DNA of 64,000 nt. It comes from Alphaproteobacteria bacterium (GTDB lineage: Bacteria; Pseudomonadota; Alphaproteobacteria; UBA8317). Shown here in pieces: positions 9,804 through 19,756 of this stretch. The position numbers and the translations under genes were made by a program. Each line of letters starts with the position of its first letter. The stretch's first letter is position 1. Where the stretch lies: assembly GCA_038131935.1 (NCBI GenBank), contig JAYPQH010000027.1, forward strand, positions 19,376 to 83,375. Direction: 5' to 3'. The notes beneath the pieces were generated by a model that was given only the letters and a program-made list of their open reading frames with translations, did not search any database and was not told where the DNA came from.

Positions 9804-10178
9804 CTACAGGCCTTGTTCGTCAAATACCTTCTTTGCCGCCCTAAAACATTCCAATGATTGTGGAACGCCGCAATAAATAGCAACAACATGGATGATGGCC
9901 CGAATTTCTTCTTTGCTCACGCCATTATTGAGTGCGCCACGGCAATGAACTTCCCATTCATGCATTTTCCCAAGAGCGCCAATCATAGCCAAATTCATCA
10001 TTGAGCGGGTTTTTGCATCAATAGTGTCGTCTCCCCACCCAAAACCCCAGCACCAAGCTGTCATGGCCTCTTGAAAAGGGCGTGTGAACTCATCTGCTTG
10101 TTCCAATGAGCGTGTGACATAGGCATCACCAAGTGTTTCCTTGCGTTTTGCAAGTCCTTTTTCAAAAAATGAATCCAT
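9804..10178 (-). CDS. Carboxymuconolactone decarboxylase (AhpD-like) family protein
   Basis: CWGFGW, KTRSMMNLAM, HCRGALNNG, EI..IIH..IYCGVP. Confidence 0.88.
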   Translation of the reverse strand: MDSFFEKGLAKRKETLGDAYVTRSLEQADEFTRPFQEAMTAWCWGFGWGDDTIDAKTRSMMNLAMIGALGKMHEWEVHCRGALNNGVSKEEIRAIIHVVAIYCGVPQSLECFRAAKKVFDEQGL

Positions 10179-10198
10179 GTTTTTTCCTTTATTTGGCT

Positions 10199-10621
10199 TT
10201 ATGAGGGGCGCTGGGTGGCGTAAGGGGAATTGTTGTAACGAAATGTTCCTGTGCCGGTGGCTACCATATTGCCCAGCTCATCCTTTACCGTTCCTTCCGC
10301 AAAAAAGATCTTGCGTCCTCCCCCTATTTTTGTGGCGCGACAAATCAATTTGTTTCCAACTGGTCGCCCTAAGAAACTTACATTCATGTTCAATGTCATG
10401 GCAAAGGCAGGTGCATCCCGGTCACCTGTGTAGCAACCAGCGTAACCCATCACGGTATCAAGCAGAACAGCATAGAGACCTCCATGAGGGATCCCATATC
10501 TGTTCATATGGTGATGTTGCAGAGGGAGATGAAATATCGCTTCATCAGCATTCCATTCATGCATCTCAAATCCGAGATGGGCCTGCATCGGATAGGGTGG
10601 CTCAATAAGTGTAGCGTCCAT
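10199..10621 (-). CDS. PaaI family hotdog thioesterase
   Basis: NRYGIPHGGLYAVLLD motif, 140 aa. Confidence 0.88.
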   Translation of the reverse strand: MDATLIEPPYPMQAHLGFEMHEWNADEAIFHLPLQHHHMNRYGIPHGGLYAVLLDTVMGYAGCYTGDRDAPAFAMTLNMNVSFLGRPVGNKLICRATKIGGGRKIFFAEGTVKDELGNMVATGTGTFRYNNSPYATQRPS

Positions 10622-10727
10622 AGGTCGTCCTTTGTTGATCGTATGTAGTTGAAGCTTCGGTGGGGATTTACATTATTTTTTATCCATCCGTCATGTCTGT
10701 TCGTTCCATTAAGGTTTTCTGAGCCTA

Positions 10728-11372
10728 TCAGTCTTTGAAAAACAGCATCTTTGTAAGAAAGGCAGGACCTTGATGCCCTGTACCATCTTTTAGGTCTTCC
10801 TCGCCAACATGCGCGTGTTTCAAGCGCAAGGGTTTTGCCTCCGAAACAAATTCTTCTGGGTCATAGGTTAACGCCACGTCACCTGGACCTTTATGAAGAA
10901 GGCTTACATGGTCAGGATGAAACCCTTCCACCAGCAAACAACCTCCAGGTTTGAGAATAGATGTGATTTGTTGAAGGATAGCCCTGCGTTCGTCTGGGGG
11001 AACCTGAAGATACATCATGGCCACGAAGTCTATGCTATGTTTGGGTAAAGGCAAGCGTGTGGCATGCGCCACAAAACGCTCGACGGGAACATCATAGATT
11101 TGATCTTGAAGCTTAGCTTTTGAAACAGCTATTGGGGAGAGGTCACAAGTCAGGACACGCATGCCCCGTTTGGCCAAAAATCGAGAATGCCGTCCTTCAC
11201 CATCACCAGGTAGAAATGCAATGCGCCGTTCAAATTGTTGTGGATCATTGTTTGTGTATGTTTCTACCAGATAGGCTGATGGCTCATCACCATACAGAAG
11301 CTCTTTTGTTTGTGCGTATTTTCGATCCCATTTTTGGGCGATCATGCATGTTTTGGATGGCGGATATGTCAT
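10728..11372 (-). CDS. Class I SAM-dependent methyltransferase
   Basis: WDRKY..LLYG.EP, PGDGEGR, LKPGG.LLVEGF, GTGHQG. Confidence 0.85.
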   Translation of the reverse strand: MTYPPSKTCMIAQKWDRKYAQTKELLYGDEPSAYLVETYTNNDPQQFERRIAFLPGDGEGRHSRFLAKRGMRVLTCDLSPIAVSKAKLQDQIYDVPVERFVAHATRLPLPKHSIDFVAMMYLQVPPDERRAILQQITSILKPGGCLLVEGFHPDHVSLLHKGPGDVALTYDPEEFVSEAKPLRLKHAHVGEEDLKDGTGHQGPAFLTKMLFFKD

Positions 11373-11440
11373 GATTTCTCTGGCGTTAAGATAAAAATTT
11401 CACGTAACTACATCATGTGCAGTGGTGAAGGACTGATATA

Positions 11441-12373
11441 TTGATGACAACGCAAAGGCCAGATCAATCAAAAGCGCCAAGTTGGCTGCCATTTGCGCCA
11501 TGGCTTTTTGTGTGCCTTTGGAGTGCAGGTTATGGGGTGGCAAAACTTTGCCTTGAATACACCACCCCTCTCAATTTGCTCGCCATGAGGTTTGTTTTAA
11601 CTGCTTCGATTTTGGCTCTACCCTTAGTTTTTTACAAAGTAAGCTTCCCATCATGGCGTGCGTTGGGCCCGCTTTGTTTGGTTTCTTTATGTATCCATGT
11701 TGTTCATTTTGGTTTGGTCTATGGTGGTTTAAGTTTTGGAGCATCTGCAGGTGTTCTTGCATTGTTTGCTGCAAGCCAACCTTTATTGGTAGAAGTTTCT
11801 GTTAGTCTATTTTATAGACGCTTTCCTCGGGTTGTTACCATGACAGGGCTTGGCCTTGGTATGGCTGGGGCGGCTTATGTCATTATCATGCGACATGAAT
11901 TCTCAGCAGGCGCATTATTGGGCGCACTGATGGGTTTTTTGGCGGTGGTGTCGTTCTCCATTGGTACAGCCTGTGACCGGTATCGAACAAAAAATGAGAG
12001 CCCGCTGGCTGGTTATTTTGTTCAGTATCTTTTCGCAGCCATCGTAAGTCTACCTCTCGCATATGCCGTTGAAGGATTGCAGATCACCCCACATATCAAT
12101 TTGTTGGCGGGTGTTGGTTACTTGGTTTTAGGAAATGCAATTGTTGGTATTTTTCTTCTGCTCACCATGGTTCAGTTTAACAGCTTGTCACGCGTAACTT
12201 CCGTTATGTTTTTGGTTCCAGGATTGGGCGCTTTGATTGCGTGGCTGGTGGTAGGGGAGGCCATGCCCTTTGAAACATGGCCTGGAATTATCATGGCAGG
12301 CCTTGGGGTGATCATGGTTCTTTATGCTGAGACAATTTTTCCATCAAAAAACAATGGCAAACAAGATGTATGA
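11441..12373 (+). CDS. DMT/EamA family transporter
   Basis: About 10 TM helices in two EamA-like repeats (PLNLLAMRF; SVMFLVP...GE). Confidence 0.85.
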   Translation: MMTTQRPDQSKAPSWLPFAPWLFVCLWSAGYGVAKLCLEYTTPLNLLAMRFVLTASILALPLVFYKVSFPSWRALGPLCLVSLCIHVVHFGLVYGGLSFGASAGVLALFAASQPLLVEVSVSLFYRRFPRVVTMTGLGLGMAGAAYVIIMRHEFSAGALLGALMGFLAVVSFSIGTACDRYRTKNESPLAGYFVQYLFAAIVSLPLAYAVEGLQITPHINLLAGVGYLVLGNAIVGIFLLLTMVQFNSLSRVTSVMFLVPGLGALIAWLVVGEAMPFETWPGIIMAGLGVIMVLYAETIFPSKNNGKQDV

Positions 12374-12418
12374 ACCTAAGTAAGCAATGGGTATTTTTTT
12401 CTTGCTGGGGTTGTTTAC

Positions 12419-13597
12419 ATGGTCGTGCACAAAGTTCGCCAACTTTTTAAGAATGAAGCTTCGGGTGGAATTCTTTTGATGGTCGCTGCATTGTTGGCTC
12501 TTTTTGTTGCCAACTCGCCAGCTTTAGAAGTCTATCAGTCAGTTCTTGCTTCCAAATTCACCATAGGATTTGAAGGGTTTAAACTTTCTAAGGCACTTAT
12601 TCTATGGATCAATGACTTTTTGATGGCTCTGTTTTTTCTACTTGTGGGGTTAGAAGTCAAACGTGAGATTGTTGAAGGTGAATTGTCATCATTGTCTCAA
12701 GCCCAATTGCCTGTTGTGGCCGCAATAGGTGGCATGGCCGTTCCTGCACTTATTTACATCATGTTTAATCAAGCAGACCCCATTGCATTACGAGGTTGGG
12801 CCATTCCTGCAGCAACTGATATCGCTTTCGCATTGGGTGTTTTGGCGCTGTTGAAGTCGAGAGCCCCGCTTTTTCTTAAAGTTCTTCTTACCGCGATTGC
12901 TATTATCGATGATTTGGGCGCGATTGTTGTGATAGCCCTTTTTTACACAGCTGAACTGAATATGGCAGCCATGGGAGGAGCTGCAGTGGTGTTGCTTTGT
13001 CTTCTTGCCCTGAACCTGAGTGGAACGCGCGCCATCACGCCTTATTTGTTGTTAGGGCTTATTTTGTGGGTCTTTGTACTTAAATCAGGTGTGCATGCGA
13101 CCTTGGCGGGGGTTGCAACAGCCATGGCCATTCCTTTAGCTCGGGTTGGTGGGGAATATGAGCCACCTCTGTTAAGGCTAGAGCATGGCTTAGCTCCATG
13201 GGTAGCTTTTTGTATTCTCCCAATATTTGCATTTGCCAATGCCGGTGTTCCCCTCAATGGGGTTGATATGGCGACGCTTACCAAAGGGGTGTCTCTTGGT
13301 ATTATCGCAGGGCTTGTTGTTGGCAAATTGGTTGGTGTTTTTGGCGTCACATGGCTGATGATAACGCTAGGCCTGACGTCCAAGCCCAAAGATGTAAATT
13401 GGATTCATATTCTTGCTGTGTCAGCATTATGTGGCATTGGTTTTACGATGAGTTTATTCATTGGATCATTGGCATTTGACGAAGCAGCGATGTTTGACCA
13501 AGTAAGGGTTGGGGTACTTGTTGGTTCAACAATTTCGGCCCTTCTGGGGGTGGCGCTGCTCATGAGCACGCCACCAAAAGAAGCTAAGGGTGGATAG
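12419..13597 (+). CDS. nhaA: Na+/H+ antiporter NhaA
   Basis: WINDFLMALFF, GLEVKRE, GWAIPAATDIAFALG, AIIDDLG, SGVHATLAG, LCGIGFTMSLFI. Confidence 0.96.
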   Translation: MVVHKVRQLFKNEASGGILLMVAALLALFVANSPALEVYQSVLASKFTIGFEGFKLSKALILWINDFLMALFFLLVGLEVKREIVEGELSSLSQAQLPVVAAIGGMAVPALIYIMFNQADPIALRGWAIPAATDIAFALGVLALLKSRAPLFLKVLLTAIAIIDDLGAIVVIALFYTAELNMAAMGGAAVVLLCLLALNLSGTRAITPYLLLGLILWVFVLKSGVHATLAGVATAMAIPLARVGGEYEPPLLRLEHGLAPWVAFCILPIFAFANAGVPLNGVDMATLTKGVSLGIIAGLVVGKLVGVFGVTWLMITLGLTSKPKDVNWIHILAVSALCGIGFTMSLFIGSLAFDEAAMFDQVRVGVLVGSTISALLGVALLMSTPPKEAKGG

Positions 13598-13609
13598 AGT
13601 AGGGTTCTT

Positions 13610-14932
13610 ATGGACAGTGTGAACATTCATGAAAATCTTGGATCAGATTTTTATGTCCCCGTATCGCCTGCGTCCTTTCAGAAAGTTGCCTTGCGGTTTG
13701 TTAACGAACCCCTCCTTCCAAGCCTCGGTATTCATGCGGCAAACGAGGCTTGGCTGGACAAACATTTTTTAGCTTTTGATCCTATTCCAGGAAGTCTAAG
13801 CCAACCATTAGCTTTGGCATATCATGGGCATCAATTTAGGCATTATAATCCTGATATCGGTGACGGTCGTGGGTTTTTGGCGGCGCAATGCCGTGATGAA
13901 CAAGGACGGATTTTAGATTTTGGTACCAAAGGATCAGGGCAGACACCGTTTTCGCGCGAGGGGGATGGCAGACTTACCCTGCAAGGTGGGGTTCGCGAAA
14001 TTTTGGCATCTGAGGAATTGTCAGCTCGTGGGGTTTATACATCTCGGGCCTTTAGCCTGTTTGAGACAGATGATAAGTTATACAGGCATGATGAGTATTC
14101 ACCGGCGCGGGCCGGGGTTTTAACCCGTGTTTCTCATTCTCATATCCGTATAGGGACCTTTCAGCGGCTTGCAGCTTTGGGCAAACAAGAGGCGATAGAT
14201 ATGTTGGTTGATCATGTCTTACGTCATTATCTGCGTGAAGCGGACCTGAATTTGCCACCAGCACAAGCAATGTACCGTGCCTGTGTGCAGCGGCTTGCAT
14301 GTCTTTGTGCGGAATGGATGGCTGCGGGTTTTGTTCATGGTGTGCTCAATACAGATAACCTTACGGTGACTGGAGAATCTTTTGATTATGGTCCTTTTCG
14401 CTTTTTGAAAAGCTATGACCCTCACCATGTTGCTGCCTACTTTGATCATCAAGGACTTTACCGTTACGCTCGCCAACCAGAGTCAGTAGGATGGGCTTTG
14501 GCAAGACTTGCTGAAACCCTCTTGGGCAAACTGCCTCAAGATATATTGCAGGATGAATTGGATGCTTTTTTACCATCCTATCAGAAAGCCTTGGTAGGGG
14601 CTTATTTACATTTGGCGGGCTTGGATGATGCGCCAGAAGAATATGAAAGGCTGGGTGCTGCAATAGATGCCTTATTACGGGGACATCAGGGTGCATTTGT
14701 TGATGTTTATGCGGTAATACGTGAGCACTTGGTAGCTGAATTTGGTATATCCCAGCGGCAATCTGATGTTGCGCCAACAAAACCCCTTGATCATGAGCAT
14801 GTGCAGAATATTTGGCGGGGTATTCATGAAGAAGACGATTGGACATTATTTGATACATATGTTCGAGATAGGCGAGAGGTCAGGGGTTTTCTCTCCAAAC
14901 GATATGCAGGGCAAGGAGCCTTTTGGGGGTAA
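13610..14932 (+). CDS. selO: Protein adenylyltransferase SelO (YdiU) family
   Basis: YHGHQF, GDGRG, KGSGQTPFSREGDGRL, GFVHGVLNTDN, DYGP. Confidence 0.92.
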   Translation: MDSVNIHENLGSDFYVPVSPASFQKVALRFVNEPLLPSLGIHAANEAWLDKHFLAFDPIPGSLSQPLALAYHGHQFRHYNPDIGDGRGFLAAQCRDEQGRILDFGTKGSGQTPFSREGDGRLTLQGGVREILASEELSARGVYTSRAFSLFETDDKLYRHDEYSPARAGVLTRVSHSHIRIGTFQRLAALGKQEAIDMLVDHVLRHYLREADLNLPPAQAMYRACVQRLACLCAEWMAAGFVHGVLNTDNLTVTGESFDYGPFRFLKSYDPHHVAAYFDHQGLYRYARQPESVGWALARLAETLLGKLPQDILQDELDAFLPSYQKALVGAYLHLAGLDDAPEEYERLGAAIDALLRGHQGAFVDVYAVIREHLVAEFGISQRQSDVAPTKPLDHEHVQNIWRGIHEEDDWTLFDTYVRDRREVRGFLSKRYAGQGAFWG

Positions 14933-15077
14933 GGGTCTTAAAAGATTTTTTAAAAAATGTTTTGGTTGGTTGCCATAATGGGCAAAGATTTTGCGTCAAG
15001 CATGAAATGCGCGTTTGTCCTCTTTTTCTCCCTACCTGGGGCAGGGTTAACAACAAAAATGCTGATGAGGTGAAGAT

Positions 15078-15491
15078 ATGATACGTATGGCCTGGATTCT
15101 CTCTTTATTAGGATTGCTGCCTTTTTTGATGGCGACAGGCTTGGTAATCTTTGTCGACGATATGCAAGCATTGGGGATGCAAATTCTCATAGCCTATGGT
15201 GCGAGCATTTTGGCCTTTTTGGGAGGTATACATTGGGGCGTGGGCCTGAAAGTGGGAGGTCCAGCAGATTTGTTGGCCAGTATTGTGCCCTCACTTGTGG
15301 CTTTTGCAGCTCTTGTTACCCATGGAGATATGGCATTGGTTATTCTTCTGGCTGGGTTTGTTTCTGTTCTTTCTACTGACTGGCGCTATGCAAATCAGGA
15401 AGTCATACCATCCTGGTTTTGGCAGTTGCGTCGGCTCATCACCGTTGTTGTGGTGGCATGCTTCATCGTTAGCTACCTGAAGATTTGGTGA
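15078..15491 (+). CDS. DUF3429 family small membrane protein
   Basis: LGLLPF, YGASILAFLGGIHWG, D..........PSWFWQLR pattern. Confidence 0.8.
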   Translation: MIRMAWILSLLGLLPFLMATGLVIFVDDMQALGMQILIAYGASILAFLGGIHWGVGLKVGGPADLLASIVPSLVAFAALVTHGDMALVILLAGFVSVLSTDWRYANQEVIPSWFWQLRRLITVVVVACFIVSYLKIW

Positions 15492-15630
15492 TTTTTCCTC
15501 GTCTGCACGCATCAGAACAATATTTTACATCATCCCAAACTTTCGCCCACTTTTTGCGCCAAGTGAAAGGCCTGCCACATTGGATACAGGTCTTTTCTGG
15601 AAGATCAGATTTTTTGCGCATGCGTGCCAT
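15469..15630 (-). CDS. DUF2256 family Cys4 microprotein (53 aa, absent from the ORF track)
   Basis: Hand translation MARMRKKSDLPEKTCIQCGRPFTWRKKWAKVWDDVKYCSDACRRGKITKSSGS. Its ATG overlaps the photolyase stop (TAATG). Confidence 0.9.
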   Translation of the reverse strand: MARMRKKSDLPEKTCIQCGRPFTWRKKWAKVWDDVKYCSDACRRGKITKSSGS

Positions 15631-17131
15631 TAGATGTCCTTAAACAAATCAATTTGTTGGTTATTTGGAGCCTTTTTTTGTCCTGTCCGTCTCATGCCCG
15701 ACCGCTGGGATCCATGACGCTTTTGGATATGATCAGAGATCTCATGGTGAACCTTGCGCTCAGATCGTCTCAATTGGGTGATGCGCTCTTTGGCAATTTT
15801 TGCTGCTTCTAGGTGATCAACGATCGGCCATGGATAATCATGTCCCAAACGGATGCCAGAATCGGCCAACATTAAGGGGGCTGCTTTCCATGGTTCATGG
15901 CACCAAGGAGCGGGAAGGGTGCGTAATTCAGGTACCCATTGCATCACAAATTTGCCTTTAGGATCTTGGTCATAACCTTGTTTTATTGGGTTGTAGATCC
16001 GTAACGTATTGATACCTGTTGTCCCAGATTGCATTTGTATTTGAGAATAATGAATGCCAGGTTCGTAATCCGAAAATAATTTGGCCAAATGCAAAGCCGT
16101 ATGCCGCCAAGGCTGGAAAAGATGATAACTCGCGACAGAGGTTAACATGGCGCGCATGCGAAAATTTAGCCATCCTGTTTTCTGTAAACAACGCATACAA
16201 GCATCGACAAAAGGCCATCCTGTTTGACCAAAAGCCCAGCTTTGATGAAGGTTTTCATTTTCAAAAGGCGTGCGTAGATCTTGGTATAATGGATGAAAAC
16301 TTCGAAACTCTATGGCAGGCTCCGTTTCAAGTTTTTGGATAAAATGGCAATGCCAATGTAAACGTGAGAGAACAGCTTGCTTGTCGCGTGGGGGAAGAGA
16401 GCTTTGCTGAATGGTTTGATAAATTTCCCGCAAAGATAAAGTGCCTAGCGATATATGTGCCGAAAGCCTTGAAGAGCCACCAAAAGCTGTCAAAGGGGAC
16501 GAGATATGCTTTTGATAGCCAACGCCACGGTTGGAACAGAAGCTATGTAACAGGCGCAGCCCTTCCGCACGTGTTGTATCCCATGGCGTTTTCGCGGCAA
16601 TCAAATTGGGCTCTTGCTGTGAAGATAAATATTCTTTTGCCCTTAAACCTCTTGGTATGGGCAAGCATGCTTCATTCATAAGGTTTTGCCATTGCTTAGA
16701 CCAACCTGAACTCCGCGTTTTAATCCCCGCACCACGCCAAATTGACGGAATTCATGCCATGATATCTGATGATCTTTGCACCAATTTTTTACCTTCTTGT
16801 CACGTTGATAGGTGAAGTGGTTCCCTGTTTCTTCATGGGAGAATAATGTGAAGGGGCCTAAGCTATCATGAATTTGCCTCAAAATAGCGGTGGGTTCTCC
16901 GGAAAAACGATGCAATTTTAAACCTTGCTCTTCTAAACTTGATGCCAGTTCCTGTAATGCAGGCTCTTTGACACGATCATGCCTCATAGCATAATCGGCT
17001 TGTTCTGTGCGCATGGGCTCGTTGATATAAAGAGCTAGGATGGGGCCTCGTTGATGGGCATGCCAAAGCGGTGCGTGATCAGCCACACGAAGATCTCTTT
17101 TAAACCAAACCACAGAAAAATTTTTCATCAT
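15630..17131 (-). CDS. Cryptochrome/photolyase family flavoprotein, atypical clade (frameshift near 16720, probably a sequencing error)
   Basis: VVWFKRDLRVADHAPL, SRLSAHISLG, GQTGWPFVDACMR, TGWLNFRMR, RIYNP, DPKGKFVMQWVPEL, YPWPIVDH. One extra A in TTAAAACG fuses ORFs 16676..17188 and 15630..16679. Confidence 0.88.
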
Positions 17132-17205
17132 TACGCCAGATACTGTTGCCACATGCCACCGCTGTGATGAACATAGGCGCGAACACAAAAAATGGGAGGC
17201 TGTTC

Positions 17206-18372
17206 ATGTTATTGGCAGATCGTTTTGCCCAATTGGGCGAAGAAAATGCATTCGCGGTGTTGGCTCGGGCAAATGCGCTAAAGGCGCAAGGTCGCGATAT
17301 GATCAATCTTGGTATCGGGCAGCCAGATTTTCGGACTCCAGATATTATTGTCGAATCAGCTATCAAGGCCCTTCGTGACGGTGCCCATGGCTATACTGAT
17401 TCTCTCGGCATCCCTCCGCTACGGGAAAAGGTTGTTGAATATCTCAGTAAGCGCGGGGTATCTGCACAACCAGATAGGGTTATGATTGTTCCTGGGGGCA
17501 AAGTGACCATGTTTTTTGCCTGTATGTTATTAGGGCAGCCTGGACAAAAAATACTCTACCCAGACCCTGGTTTCCCGATTTATCGCTCTGCTGCGGCTGT
17601 GACAGGCGCTGAGGTCGTTGGTTATCGCTTGCGTGAGGATGATGACTTCGCCCCTGATATGGAGCAATTAGAAACCTTGGTTGACGCCCAAACATCTCTA
17701 TTGATTGTGAATTCTCCAGGTAACCCAACAGGCGGTATAATGCGCCAGCATCATATTGAGCAAATTGCTGAATTGATGCGCCGTCATCCTCAGTTGATCG
17801 TGATGTCAGATGAAATTTATGGGGAGATGCTGTATGATGGCGAGAAGCATTTTTCTTTGGCTTCCATAAATGATATCGCTGATCGGGTTATTTTGTTGGA
17901 TGGATGGTCCAAAACATTTGCCATGACAGGATGGCGGATGGGTTTTGGGCTATGGCCCTCTGCTTTGATTGATGCGGCACGCAAATTGTCAGTAAATTGC
18001 CATTCATGTGTTGCGGCTTCTTACCAGCACGCCGCGATTACAGCTTTGGATGAGGCTTGGGATCAGGTTGAGCATATGGTTGCAACATTTGACCGTCGAC
18101 GTAAATTCGCCGCAGATCTTTTAAACGATCTGCCTGGGGTGACATGCCGGGTGCCAAAAGGGGCGTTCTATGCTTTCCCAAATATTACCCAAACCGGCAG
18201 AGAGTCACGGGAATTGGCAAAAGACCTGTTGGAAAATCATAGTTTGGCTTTGTTGTCAGGCACTGACTTTGGTGCTCAAGGCGAGGGTTTCTTGCGTGTT
18301 TCTGTGGCAGCAAGTGATGAAGACATACAAAAGGGCGTGGATAGAATTCGTACTTGCTTGGCGCAGCATTAA
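17206..18372 (+). CDS. PLP-dependent aminotransferase class I/II (aspartate aminotransferase-like)
   Basis: INLGIGQPDF, NSPGNPTG, SDEIY, GWSKTFAMTGWRMG, GAFY. GGAGG RBS. Confidence 0.92.
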   Translation: MLLADRFAQLGEENAFAVLARANALKAQGRDMINLGIGQPDFRTPDIIVESAIKALRDGAHGYTDSLGIPPLREKVVEYLSKRGVSAQPDRVMIVPGGKVTMFFACMLLGQPGQKILYPDPGFPIYRSAAAVTGAEVVGYRLREDDDFAPDMEQLETLVDAQTSLLIVNSPGNPTGGIMRQHHIEQIAELMRRHPQLIVMSDEIYGEMLYDGEKHFSLASINDIADRVILLDGWSKTFAMTGWRMGFGLWPSALIDAARKLSVNCHSCVAASYQHAAITALDEAWDQVEHMVATFDRRRKFAADLLNDLPGVTCRVPKGAFYAFPNITQTGRESRELAKDLLENHSLALLSGTDFGAQGEGFLRVSVAASDEDIQKGVDRIRTCLAQH

Positions 18373-19594
18373 CCTTCAGCTGCCCGAAGCCTATGTGAAA
18401 AAGAGCGGTCCTGGATGGGCAAATGCAATATGCCCGCCAGGATTCCAAAGGCGATATTTAGCCACCAAATAACATCATAACTGTTGGTTTGATCATAAAG
18501 AACACCCCCTAGCCAAACGCCGAGGAATGCCCCAAGCTGGTGAGAGAAGAAGACCAACCCAAACAATGTTCCCATATATCGAACGCCGAAGAAACTTGCC
18601 ACCAAACCGGAGGTCAATGGGACTGTAGAAAGCCATAACAAACCTGTACCAGCAGCATATAGAAGAACGGAGGCTTCACTTATGGGAAGCATGATAAACA
18701 TCAATGTGATGGCTGATCGCGAGAGATAGATGAATGATAAACCATAGGGCTTGGAATGTTGGCCGCCCCACCATCCAGCGACATTTGCACCGATGATATT
18801 AAACAGCCCTATCAAAGCTAAAGCATATGCGCCCAAAAGGGGATCAAGTCCCTGGTCAACAATGAAGGTGGGTAGATGGGCACCAATAAATGTAACCTGA
18901 AATCCACACACAAAAAATCCAGCAGTTAGAAGAACATAGCTTGGTGTCTGACAAGCACAGATAATGGTGCGCTTTAAACCCACATCTTCATATTTGTCTT
19001 CATCGCTTGGGTTGGCAGGTGGTTTGGCAAGGACCCAACTGGCCAGCGCAATACATAACGCCATCATGGCTAAGATACTGGCTGTTTGTTCCCAACCAAC
19101 CAAATCAATCTGCATCTGTGCTATTGGTACCACCAGAAGTTGCCCCAATGACCCTGAGGCGGTCACCAATCCCATCGTGAAAGATCGTTTTGATACCGGT
19201 AGTAACTTGCTCAATGCAGCCATAATGATGGCAAAGATGTAAAGCCTACGCCCACACCCACTGCAATGCCTAAACTAAGATAGATAAGCCATGGGTCCTG
19301 TGAAAAAGGTATCAAGAAGACACCAGCGGCATAAATCAAAGCGCCAATGAATATAACAGGTCTTGCACCCCATTTATCCGACAGGGCGCCAGCAATAGGT
19401 TGCGATAAACCCCAAAAAATATTTTGTAAGGCAAGTGCCAATGACATCACCTCGCGATCCCAAGAAAATGTCATGCTTATGGGAGACATAAACAAGCCAA
19501 AACTCGTCCGGATTCCAAAAGACGTCATGGAGATGAAACAGCCCACAATAATCAATAGCCAAATACCTGAAATCGGTTTGTTGTCCTGAGTCAT
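18369..19594 (-). CDS. MFS transporter (frameshift near 19233, probably a sequencing error)
   Basis: GIRTSFGLF, AGALSDKWGAR, FFVCGFQ, LWLSTVPLT, HQLGAFLG. One missing T in TCTTTGCC joins the two ORFs. Confidence 0.87.
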
Positions 19595-19756
19595 CTCATT
19601 ATCCCTCACATGAAGATATCTTTGTGGGCAAGGTCATCGCGTAAAGCAAGAAGAAAATTCTTAACAAAACAAGCTGAGTCGTTACAGCAGAATCGCGACA
19701 AAAAATTGTCATGAAATATTGCTATCATCAAGAAATGTTAATGTTTTGAGGTGCGT

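Noticed and set aside
13610-14932. Selenocysteine recoding in SelO
   Set aside because: The ORF ends in TAA with no in-frame TGA and no C-terminal Cys/Sec motif.
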